Assembly: GCA_048013815.1 (NCBI GenBank)
Contig: CM106585.1
Coordinates: forward strand, 20,584,361-20,648,000
DNA: 63,640 nt
Direction: 5' to 3'
Source: Setoptus koraiensis
Taxonomy: Eukaryota; Animalia; Arthropoda
The stretch's first letter is position 1. Each line of letters begins with the position of its first letter. Under the pieces are notes generated by a model. The model ran no database searches. It was not told the origin of the DNA and worked only from the letters and a program-made list of their open reading frames with translations. The position numbers were made by a program, and so were the translations under genes. Below are positions 13,146 to 23,731 of the stretch, piece after piece.

Positions 13146-13222
13146 ATTGTCATTGTCGTTGTCATTGTCGTTGTTGTTGTTGTTGTCGTTGTTGTCGTTG
13201 TTGTCGTTGTTGTCGTTGTTGC
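13146..13222. repeat. Imperfect (GTT/GTC)n microsatellite
   Basis: Run of ttgtcgttgttgtcg-type triplets. Confidence 0.9.
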
Positions 13223-14264
13223 GTTTGGTGTCAGTTGTTGGTGATTGCAACTAAATGACAACAACAATTGCGTTGGACAGACTCGTCGCGCATAATCGCC
13301 ATCAATTGCCTGAGACAGCAACTTTTAACCGAAATGAACTGTTCATATGAGCCCACTGGTTCACCGGTCGCTCGGTGTCACACAGCGTCCGTTGTCGTTA
13401 CGCAACAGCCTGCCGATGTTTGTTGTTGCTATTTGTTGTTGCTGCTGGTTGTTGCTGTTGGTTGTTGCTGTTGGTTGTTGCTGCTGGTTATTGCTGCTGG
13501 TTGTTGCTGCGAGCACTTGTTGCCCCGTGCTGTTGGTCGCATGCGTGCTCACCTTGATACGCCTGTGCTGCCGACTCTCACAATCATCGCTCTGCAAACT
13601 GCCCTTCAAGTTGGCTGCTCGGTCTTGAGCCGGCGTGTTGTCGCAGCACCAATGTTACGTCACCGCTCTCACACTGACCAACTGTCAAGACACAAGCGGC
13701 CAACTTATTATTATTCCTTTGTTTGCCTGTTTGTTTGTCATTGTGAGTTAAATCGCAACACCACCAAACAAACAAATTTCATGACCAACAACGACAACAG
13801 CAACGGCAACAACGACAACAGCGACACTCATACCTTCACCTATAACTGCTCACCTGCGGCTGCCGCTGGCGCCCCTGGGCTCGAATTGATTGACATTTAT
13901 TGCGCAATTTCGAGACCATCGGGCGTCTTATGCGAGTACACATTATATTACAGGCAACATGCATTACATAATAAGTATTACATTAGCATCATGTGAGCGA
14001 TGCAGTATCAGTGGTATGCTGATTGATACAGTGAGCGCCTCGGAGATTATCCGCGCTAATATCTGACGCTCATGTCAGCCGGCGGACACATAACGATAAT
14101 CCCTGATGAAGCGCCATGATTATGCTCGTCTCAACTTGTTATTTTTCATCGCTCTTCGCCGATCTCTGGTCCCTTTTGCTCACTCTGGTCCCTTTGGCCA
14201 TCTCTCGTGGTCGTTGAGTGTCCAATGCAATAATTCATTGCGCATCGTTGCACGCAGCTGACAT

Positions 14265-14311
14265 TGATTACCTGAGACTGTGTTACCTGTGCGCACAGTC
14301 TCAGGTAATCA
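14265..14311. ncRNA. Perfect 18-bp hairpin, candidate pre-miRNA or inverted cis-element
   Basis: TGATTACCTGAGACTGTG (14265-14282) is the exact reverse complement of CACAGTCTCAGGTAATCA (14294-14311), with an 11-nt loop. No known miRNA recognised. Confidence 0.3.
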
Positions 14312-15767
14312 TCAGGTAAGTAGCATTGGTTGCTTGTATCACGCAGCATAGTATGGCATGTTTGTTGTGAGTTTGTTGCAAAATGTTGTTGTTGTTGTTG
14401 CTGTTATTATTATTCATAATTAGTGTGGGAAAATGGCTGGTTGTAGTAGCCCGATGCATGCCATTATTATGTAACACACTGGCCGGTGTGCAGTGGACAG
14501 GTAGTGCCACTCGCACACCTTGCATGAGCTGCATGTTGACCGCATCAACTTGAAAAAATTGTTGCTTCTCTCTTATCAAATTCATTTGTTTCGCGCCACC
14601 CTTATGCGTTGTCTTGCGTCTGTCGGTCGGTGTGTCCAGCTCAATGCTAATGTTTATAAACGCACTGCAATCATCACTGTCCGGTCGCCCCGACGCGCAT
14701 CGATACATGATAAACTCGGTCGGTCGGCCGGCCAACACGCACAAAATAAATACAAAATCGCGGCTTATCACTGGCCATCGGCTGATCATTGTTGCTGCTG
14801 CTGTCGGTGTTGGTGCTGTTGTTGTTGCATAATAGTTGCATAACAAATGCATAACAGTTGTTGCATAACAGCGCCATAATGAGATAACTTGATCGCCTTG
14901 TTTGTGTTGCTGCGTGCTGGCCATTGCGTGCCACTTAATGCCTCGCTGGCCCGGTCCGCAAAACCATTAGCCATTCGTTAGCTGCGAGTGATAACAACAC
15001 AATGCCGAGCCACAAAAGAATCGCCCACAATCGAATCGATGCCCACAATTTCAACTGTTCTCAACAGTCACATAATGAGCCTGAACTGGCCATTGGTCAC
15101 TTCACGCAATCGCCACGCCAATGGCGCAAAGTCACACTGGCCAGTGGGCACCCAACGCATCGCACCACGACGCGCCACACTGATCACCTGCTCGCTGCTG
15201 CGGTCAGCGGCCAACCAACGAACCGGTCAAATTAAACGCAAACAAATTACTAATTTGAAATTAGCGATAAATTCAACCAATTGCTGCCCGAGCACACCGC
15301 ATCACCGGATAATGCACACAATGGACACATGATTCGCGGATAGTTCGAGAAGGGTGTTTCATACCAAACGCACATCAGAACTGCCAAGACTACGGCTGAT
15401 TCCCACAGTGCTTTTTTTTCGATAGCTGTGGATGCACTGTGGCTACAGCATGCAGAGAGAGAGAGAGGCTATGTATGGGCAGCGAGCGGGCAGGGCGCAG
15501 GTAGTGGGCGGGGCTATTGAGGCGGATGGGAGCTGATTGGGGGAAAGCTGGGTGCTAATTGATTGGGGGCAATTTGATTTAAAATTTATTGTTATGATTA
15601 CTGTTGTTGTTATGATTATTTTCGTTGTTATGATCATTGTTATTGCTTTTGTCACTTATTTGCAAACTGTTTTGATTTGCATTTGCACATTGTTTTGATT
15701 ACAAAGTTTAAAAATAGAATGAAAGAGACAAAGTGAGAGTCAGGAAGCGAAAAGAGTAAGAATGACA

Positions 15768-15771
<4 letters not shown>

Positions 15772-15821
<50 letters not shown>
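15772..15821. repeat. (GA)~25 microsatellite
   Basis: Read directly from the sequence. Confidence 0.95.
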
Positions 15822-15825
<4 letters not shown>

Positions 15826-16169
15826 AGCGTCAGTCTGAGATTGGACGCAGAAGTGTGGACAGCGACACAAACCAACCCAACCAACTAACTAACTAACAGC
15901 AATATCAGTACCCAACTCAACTAACAGTCCGTATAATACAAAAATAAATGAATTAAGGGTTTCCATCGAACAGCGAGCAAGCTCTATTTCCTTCAAACTC
16001 AGCACAAGTACGAACAAGTAATACTGATCAAATCAGTATTTAGAGCGCTTAATTTTTTGTGTGGACAAGTATTGTTGAAGGATTCAAAGGAGTTTATGAC
16101 AACCTGTTAACCACCGAACTTCAAAATGTGACCATCGAACATCGAACGAGGAGATGGAACTGTCATCAG

Positions 16170-18253
16170 TAGGGAGAACAGAATCGGTGATTGAAAGCAG
16201 ACAAAATCGGCTTTTATCATTTAGAAAGGTGCCACTTTTCGGTTATTTCGGTTTTTAAAACCGATGTTGTTTCATTTATTGGATGGTTACGTTTTGTTTA
16301 TCATCTAGCAAGAAAGAATTGAAATTTATGATATAATGAAACTTAAGATTCTGTTCGGTAAATCTAGATCTATCAGCTTCGAATATCGCCTTTGTGCAAG
16401 AGAAAGATCTCTCGACATCGCATGATGTGATCGGCGCATATTTAAATTTAAGTCTAGTAGTGAGGTCCTCAATTTGGAGTAGCTCCAAATAATCAGGATT
16501 CTTTGTGATAGATTGTTCAACCTTGGCTTTAGGCTCTGGCAGCTTACATTGTTGGATTCTATCAAAAGTTTCGCCAACTAGCTTGACTGAATCATCAAGT
16601 CTCATATTTTTTGCCTCCAATTTGGTTATTGAATCAATCAAGAAGAAATAGTCAGACAGTTGAAACAATTCCTCCTTCAGTTTCTCGCTTTCGATCAACT
16701 CTTTGCATTCTTTGACACATAGAGCATCGCTATTAAATTCAGAGAGAAACATCTTTATAGCATCATAGTTATCCAAATGGTAGCTCGCAGTCTTCAACCA
16801 AGTGCACCATCACCATGATTGGTTTGGGAGGACAGGTGAGTTTAGTTCGATCCATGAATTCTCTCTGTCGTCTCTTGTTGCCTCTCAATATTTCTTTGAA
16901 TTTCCCAATGAATCTATCTACAGATGGATGGATATCACGTAATTTTTCAGCGACACGGTGCAGCATGTGAGCCACACAAGTGACATGATATGCGGCAGGT
17001 GTTACACTCTTCATGAGATCGACTGATTTTATCATGTAGGGTGCTTGGTCAGTGACAAACAACTTAACCCGATCATACGGGACATCATCTTGAGGCCAGA
17101 TAACTCTGCAACATTTAAGAAATAGTCGGTTCATCTCATAACTGTTGGCAGTTTCAACATAATCGATGTATATCAACATAGGTCTGACAGGTTTGCCATT
17201 GAGAGCACCCACAATGAAATTGACTTGAAAACGGTCCATTGAGTCAGTTGTTTCATCCATCATTACGAAGATATCTTGATCCCCGATGCTCTCTCTAATT
17301 TTTACTATCACTGATTGGTATAGATCTTCTATTGTGGTGCTTCTAAGTACAGATACAGAAGGTAATTTTTGTCCAGTTCTCTTCTCCAAAAAGGATTTAA
17401 ATAAGGGGTTCTTGAGCTTATGCAAAGGTATGTCTGCAGAAACAAGTGCAGTGCACAATTCCATTCGGAATTCTTTGTCATTCTTCTGCAAATAGCTTAC
17501 TTTATCCAAGCATATATCTATCCTCGGCTGGATCGAATTTGAATCCGAATTTTTCTTATGCAAATTAGATGTCAAATGCTCCTTGACTCTTGTTTTGAAG
17601 TGTTCTCGATCATATTTTACTTCGAAATTGCAGACAGTGCAGATCAACTTCGTGCCAAATGTGGTAAATTCTTTAAACTTTGAGCAGCATTCATCAAGAT
17701 GGTCTTTCAAACTCTTTTTAGGTCTCATGATACCGGAAAATGATTTATGATAAATTCTTACTGAGAAGGAGTTTCAATTCTTCACCAATTCAACTTGTGA
17801 GATCAACATGAGTTTCAATAGAATCAATGAATCAATTGTATGCGATATCGACATGTGATTGAGAGTCAATCATATGTCAATAACACGCGTAGCGTGCTAT
17901 TGTTATCCAACGGATTTTGTTACTCAACGGATTTTTTTATCCAACGGATTATATAACAGCGTTCAACCCGTTGAACACTGTGTTAATTGCACCCTGTGTG
18001 TAAGAAAGTACTAGTATACTGCAAACTCTGATCGCACAGTCACACCCACGCAGTCACAACGCAATTGAATTGCTCTCGCGGGAAAATAATCTATTTTCGG
18101 TTTTTACGGTTCTTACAACCTGATTTCGGTGTTTTCGGTTGATTCAAACAGGCCTTAAAAGATCCATCTAAGTCGGTCTGGCCCAAATACGAAGTCTTAG
18201 AGTTATGCCATCACCCGAAAAATTTCGGCTAATAACCGATTCTGTTCTCCCTA
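16170..18253 (-). mobile_element. hAT-superfamily DNA transposon, 2084 bp
   Basis: Perfect 19-bp TIRs TAGGGAGAACAGAATCGGT (16170-16188 and 18235-18253). Perfect 8-bp TSD GTCATCAG (16162-16169 and 18254-18261). Subterminal TTCGGTT and CAACGGATT repeats. Encodes a transposase. Confidence 0.93.
16276..17728 (-). pseudogene. Frameshifted small hAT/CGGBP1-like transposase
   Basis: N-terminal CxxC...HxxxxxH zinc finger, MDETTD, VTDQA, CVAH and C-terminal DVERSFS. The frame breaks at 16810, where the conserved RW motif reads GTG-A-TGG. Confidence 0.85.
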
Positions 18254-18261
18254 GTCATCAG

Positions 18262-18510
18262 AAATTCGAATTTTCAATTTCGAAATTCTAAGTTCGAAAT
18301 GTGACCAACGAAGTTCGAATTGTGACCATCGAACTTCGACAGAGCAGATGAAACTATCATCAGAAATTCGAATTTTCAATTTCGAATTTCGAAGTTCGAA
18401 ATGTGACCATCGAACACTTACCATCGAACGAGCAGATGAAACCGTCAACAGGAATTCGAATTTTCAACTTGGAATTTCGAAGTTCGAGTTGTGACCACCG
18501 AACTCCCAGA
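18262..18510. repeat. Tandem array of ~88-102 bp units rich in TTCGAA and CCATCGAAC; continues at 16109-16169 left of the hAT
   Basis: AGCAGATGAAAC recurs at 18343 and 18431 (period 88). The hAT TSD lies inside the first unit. Confidence 0.85.
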
Positions 18511-18922
18511 ACACAGATCAGTCTTGGCAACATTATTGACAACTTGGATAAATATGTAATTTTAGTATAGGTATCATAACCATTATTAATATTATTATCG
18601 TATATAATCATTTGAATAACATCACTCAGGCAAGACAGACGCAGCGAATAATCTAGATCAAGAAAGTATTGACGCCAATGTAAACACAAAACAAACATAA
18701 GACATCAACGCCATCATAGAAATAAGCATATTAGGCCAGCATTCAGCCAAAGCAAACTACAGGGTGTCTGAACTGATGTGATATGTTGGCTCAGAAATTT
18801 TCGCACAAAGGGGGTATGCGGGCGCGCACGCTTGCGCGCTTGCACGACGAGCGCACTGTCACTGTGCTCATCTTCGTACATTTATTGGGGCTCTTTTACA
18901 TTGAAAATATTAATAATTGATA

Positions 18923-21323
18923 TTAATTAATGACAGAAGAATTACTATATTTGTTGAATCGCTTCGCTTCTTCTTTGTCGAATTTTTCTAAAAGCTCTGA
19001 GATTCTGTGGAAGACTTCAATGTTCACTTGCCTCTTCAGCATTACTTCGAAATCATCATCGTCATCGTCACATTCTGTTTCCACAGGCGGATCATCGCTC
19101 AGCGAGATCGTGTTCACTCCCATCCTGAGGCTCTCTATTCGGTCTAGGTAGAGATAATCTTCTGGATCGGTTCTTCGATTCTCCACATCATGAGCGATGT
19201 GTCCACCTTCGTTTTGTATTACTTCGACAATCCGGTCGACAAACCCGATGACACAAGCTTTATTGATTTCGAATTGGTCCATGGTGTTGAATTCTTCAAT
19301 GATTACTCTCTTCAGCAGATCAAGTTTACCGCGAAATGGTCTATCATGCGTGTAAACTTTTGATTTAAGAACGCCCCAGAAGTAGAAATCCATAGGTGTT
19401 AAGTCTGGCGAATATGGTGGCCACCACAGATAGGGCGAATACTTGCCGAGCCAACGGCCGCCGGTTTTCCCATTCAAGTACTCTCTGTTCAAAAGAGATG
19501 TATGCGGACCAGCCCCATCCTGCATGAAGATAAGCCTCTTCTGAGCAAAGCCGTTGATAATATATGGGTCAGAGAAGAGGTGCGCGTCGAGCATATCCTG
19601 GTAACTCTGAGAAGTCACACTACCATTGAAAAAGAAGGTTGTACCATCGAATAGGAGCCACGCCCAATTTAGGTATTTTGGGTATTTTTGGGTGAGGTAT
19701 AGTGCCCTGATACCCGAATGGGTATTCCGGAAGTGCGGAAATTCTTCGTTACCGAGATACCCGGGGTACCGCATTCTGGGTATTTCGGGGTATTTGAGGG
19801 CATATTGACGGTTAAATCGGCGATACCCACCTGCGCGGACATCGGGTAGGGTACTCGCGTCTCTGTGCCGGGTAGATGATACCCAGAAGCTCGGGAAAGA
19901 GGAAGAATGCAGTCAAACCGAAGAGGCGTGACCGTTGAGTGCGGCGCGGAGTGAAACTGCGCCCGCAGTTAGTGAGACCACCCACAGAGTCCTAGCGCGT
20001 GCAAGAAGAGAGGTCGACCCATTCGCAGCTCTGATACAGATGATGAGATTAGAATAAAGGGATATGTCCCCACTTTTCACTGATTTACTTCGTTACTCAA
20101 CCTTCCATCTATACTGGACCCTCTTTCGATCTTTACCGACTCGGCCTTCGGCCTCGCGAGCTTGCCTCGCCTCGGGTTGAGGGCTTCGCCCTCAACCCTC
20201 GCTCGAACCGACAACCCCGGCCTTCGGCCGAGTAATTGTCACACATCCGGACACCAGAAACAATGCGAATGCGTGCCCGACACACGGAGAGTCGTGCGAT
20301 GTTCGATAAGACTACTATCACGTAGACCAGAAGTGGTTCATGGAGTCGAAGTTTATTATCTGGAGGTCTGGAAGCTCTATGAAGCTAAATTCAACTGAAC
20401 TGTAAAGACATCGTTAGGATCTATACAATCATGTGAAAATTTTCGGTTTGAGGCCCCTGTGAGGCCCGAAAAATGCATTTTTCCATATCTCCGGAAGTAG
20501 AAATTTCCGCACTTCCGGACCACTTTATTTGTTCTTTGGGGCCCCTCCAGGGCCCAGGTGTCGAGTTTGAAGGAGATCGGGCTTGGCTCCTATTCGATGG
20601 AACACCCAAAAAGAATGGTCCTTTGTAGTCAAAGCCAATGAAAGCTATGACCATGACTTTATCTGCATGCATCTCGCGCTCATAGACCTGCATTGGGTTC
20701 GATGGAGACCAGAATACAGTGTTCTGCTTGTTGATAGAGCCGTCCGTGCTGAACCAAGATTCATCGGTAAATATTAAATTCTTGAAATAATCAAGATTGA
20801 GACTGGCTCGCCCTCCAGCGAGTTGAATAATTTTGTTTGCAAATTCTAACCGCTCTTGCTGCTTATCATTCAAGTATTGCGGTGTTCTGGGACGGTATGG
20901 CTTCATCTTCAAACATCTTCGCAGTATCTTGTGCGTCATATAAATAGTCAGGTTGACAGACGGATGAGCGGCGATTTTGCGGATGCTTGATGGGTACAGT
21001 CCACCTTTGGTTAGCTCTTTAATTGCAGCAATCTTTGAGGCTTCTATTTCGCAATTCACTCCTTTGCGACGATCGTCGAAAGTGCCGAAGGTGAGAAATT
21101 TGTTTTTAATTCGGTGCAGAGTTTGATAGTCCGGTAGGTCGTAATCTATTAAACCGGCATTCTTCTTTTGTATGTACAGAGTCTGCAAGGTTTTGTATTC
21201 TTTGACTCTCGCCCAATCCCACATCATTTAGGCCTTCTGTGGTTTGGTCCAGCGCTCTGTACCATCTGCAGTCGCAAATATAATGAGAGCGACGGTGATA
21301 AATAGATTGATAAATGCTGCCAT
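18923..21323 (-). pseudogene. Mariner-type transposase split by an insertion and carrying an in-frame TAA at 21228-21230
   Basis: IFTDESWF, MQDGAGPH and WPPYSPDLTPMDFYFWG motifs. Removing 19637-20607 plus one TSD restores GPFFFNGSVT in frame (1326 nt from the ATG at 21227, 441 aa). Confidence 0.9.
19637..20607. mobile_element. 971-bp non-autonomous TIR element (GGGTG family) nested in the mariner transposase
   Basis: 29-bp TIRs GG(T/G)TGT(A/T)CCATCGAATAGGAGCCA(C/A)GCCC (26/29). 8-bp TSD AAAAAGAA at 19629-19636 and 20608-20615. Subterminal inverted TCCGGAAGTGCGGAAAT. Confidence 0.9.
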
Positions 21324-21983
21324 GATTTTTTCTTTCTTATGAATTAATTTTGATCAATAATGTTCTTTATTTTAATTAATAATTATAATAGTAATAATAG
21401 CTGTATAATAATCGAAGACAAAGAACAAATGAAGGAGAAACTAGGGTGTGGCCGAGGCTAAAAACGGAAGTGCAACAGTCCAGAGAAGCGAAAGGCATGC
21501 TGTTGCGCAAGAATGGCTTGGCGCAGTGCACAGAGAGAGAGAGAGAGAGAGAAAATAGTTGCGCAAGAAAAATAAATACCCGTGTGCGATGTGCTGTGCT
21601 ACATGCCTTCCACAGTGCTTACATATCAGTTCAGTTCAAACACCCTGTATCTTGATCTTATTTAGATTGAAGATTTAAATAGGCACCACAACATAGACAA
21701 CACTGACAACTAGTACAACAAAAGGCCAACATTTGTGCCAATAAAGTAAATTCAATTGACTAAAAGGCGATTAATAACAATAATACAAATTGGATTTTAG
21801 CATTCATACGAGACCTTACGGTCTCTTATGAATGACAATATAACAATAACAACATGTAATAACAATTAATAAATAAACAAACATCCTTCTTATTCCACAT
21901 CACCATTTAAATATCCTATTTAAATGGTGAAGTGGGATGAGAAGGAGCAGTTTAGTTTTAAACTCACAAATGAGACATTTCAG

Positions 21984-22595
21984 CACCAACACTAGCACCT
22001 ACGCCAGCAACTGCACCAGCACCTACACCAGCAACTGCACCAACACTAGCACTTACGCCAGCAACTGCACCAGCAGCTACACCAGCAACTGCACCAACAC
22101 CTACACCAGCAACTGCACCAGCAACTGCACCAGCAACTGCACCAACACTAGCACTTACGCCAGCAACTGCACCAGCAGCTACACCAGCAACTGCACCAAC
22201 ACCTACACCAGCAACTGCACCAACACCTACACCAGCAACTGCACCAACACCAGCAACCGGAGCACCAACACTAGCACCTGCACCAGCAACTGCACCAACA
22301 CCAGCAACCGGAGCACCAACACTAGCACCTGCACCAGCAACTGCACCAGCAACACCACCAATAACACCAGCAACTGCACCAACACCTACACCAGCAACTG
22401 CACCAACACCAGCAACCGGAGCACCAACACTAGCACCAGCAACTGCACCAACACCTACACCAGCAACTGCACCAACACCAGCAACCGGAGCACCAACACT
22501 AGCACCTGCACCAGCAACACCACCAATAACACCAGCAACACCACCAACACCAGCAACAACAATTGCAACAACAAAAAATGATAAATTGGAAAATG
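21984..22595 (+). CDS. Orphan Pro/Ala/Thr-rich mucin-like exon (phase 1-1, 612 nt)
   Basis: Tandem PATAPT repeats stay open between the acceptor TTTCAG (AG at 21982-21983) and the donor AATG|GTAAGT at 22596. Partner exons were not found. Confidence 0.55.
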
Positions 22596-22789
22596 GTAAG
22601 TTTGTTTTCTTTTGCGTGTACGTGTGCGTGTGCCTGTGTGTAATGATTTAAGCGCTTAAGATCGACAATAGTCCATCAAGCATCCACGGATGATGCTTAT
22701 GGTAGAAGATAAATTTCTGAATATATCAGGACTGATAATGAAAATTTTGGTTGATTGGTTGGTTGGTTGGTAATTCCTAGCGTAATTAA

Positions 22790-23350
22790 TACAGCCAGCG
22801 TATTCGTAAAGTAGTTACTGGGCGTATTTCAACAAATTTGTGGATTTTTTGGTATCAAATAATTGTCAAAATCTACACTTTATTTCAACTCAAATCACCT
22901 AATACTATATTCTCGCGACGAATAGAAGCAAAACAATAGAGTTCTGGAAAATATTACGATTATTCCAAAAACTAGACTTTAGTTGAGGTTTTTATATACC
23001 TTTTCTTGCTCAGCTTGATCAGGAAAAAAGATTTAGGCTATAGTCAGTTGGAATCTTTTGTACCTGGAAAGGAGGTTTACCTTGTAAGATAAATTACATG
23101 TGTGTTAAGAGAAAAGTGGACTCGATGCTCTTTCTTTTGGTGCCAGTCCATTACTGACTTTTATTTATTGGGAGATTAATAGGGAGTACAGTAGGGTTCA
23201 TAGGGGAGGCGGAGTCTGTTAGAGGGAGGTGTTACGCCGGCGCATAACATCTCCCTCCTCCAGAGTATTATATCTCCTGATATAATGGTAATGGTATTTG
23301 GTAGGGTATCTCACTATCCTGTCCTGTTGTAATATTCTTTTTAGCGTATT
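22790..23350 (-). mobile_element. Possible decayed LINE endonuclease (EEP) fragment
   Basis: Broken minus-strand peptides YIRRY..GGG, ENIVLGDLS and FDNYL...NTLAVLIT occur in the order expected for LINE endonucleases (GGGV, ILGDFN, PTR..LDLILT), with many stops and frameshifts. Confidence 0.3.
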
Positions 23351-23648
23351 AATCGTGATTATATCCATGTTATTTATGTAATTTTTTTATTTTTTATTTA
23401 TTTTTATTTTTGCGTGATACTAATTATTATTATATTGGGTATTGTTCCTGCTTGTTATCCTGTTTATTAGTTCCAATTATTTAGATCATAATCTTCAAAT
23501 GCTCTGGTTTCCCAGTATATGACGACTGCGGATTCGCAGTTCAAGCTGTCCGGGAAGACTCCAGCCGGTGCCCATCGCAATTTATAATAGAGAGTTTTTT
23601 CGTTATTGGTCATCTCTACTCGGTGATCACGTTGTCGGTAGTATTATC

Positions 23649-23731
23649 GGGTGTTCCATCGAACAATGACCCACTCCGATTTTCAAACTCAACACAGAGG
23701 CCTCTTTGGGTCGCTGTTCGATGGAACACCC
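23649..23731. mobile_element. 83-bp mini-MITE of the GGGTG family
   Basis: Perfect 17-bp TIR GGGTGTTCCATCGAACA / TGTTCGATGGAACACCC, extendable to 22/24. No TSD visible. Confidence 0.7.

Larger units (their letters stand above)
15957..18510. mobile_element. Partial non-autonomous TIR element (GGGTG family) with an internal tandem array, interrupted by the hAT element
   Basis: Starts GGGT-TTCCATCGAACAGCGAGCAAGCTCTATTTCCTTCAAACTC, homologous to the end at 20607 (reverse complement GGGTGTTCCATCGAATAGGAGCCAAGCCCGATCTCCTTCAAACTC). No matching right TIR or TSD was found. Confidence 0.5.
18760..21647 (-). mobile_element. Tc1/mariner element related to the DD41D clade, 2888 bp including a 971-bp nested insertion
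   Basis: TA TSDs at 18758-18759 and 21648-21649. 27-bp TIRs CAGGGTGT(C/T)TGAACTGA..TGATATGT are 24/27 identical. Encodes a transposase. Confidence 0.93.

Noticed and set aside
18262-18510. CRISPR-like or heat-shock-element reading of the TTCGAA array
   Set aside because: The units are degenerate tandem copies without unique spacers, there are no cas genes and the context is eukaryotic. GAA/TTC spacing is mostly 0-1 nt, not the nGAAnnTTCn period of an HSE.
19900-20420. Solo LTR inside the 971-bp element (AATAAA near 20054, TGTCACA near 20237)
   Set aside because: No consistent TG...CA boundaries, TSD or primer-binding site found.
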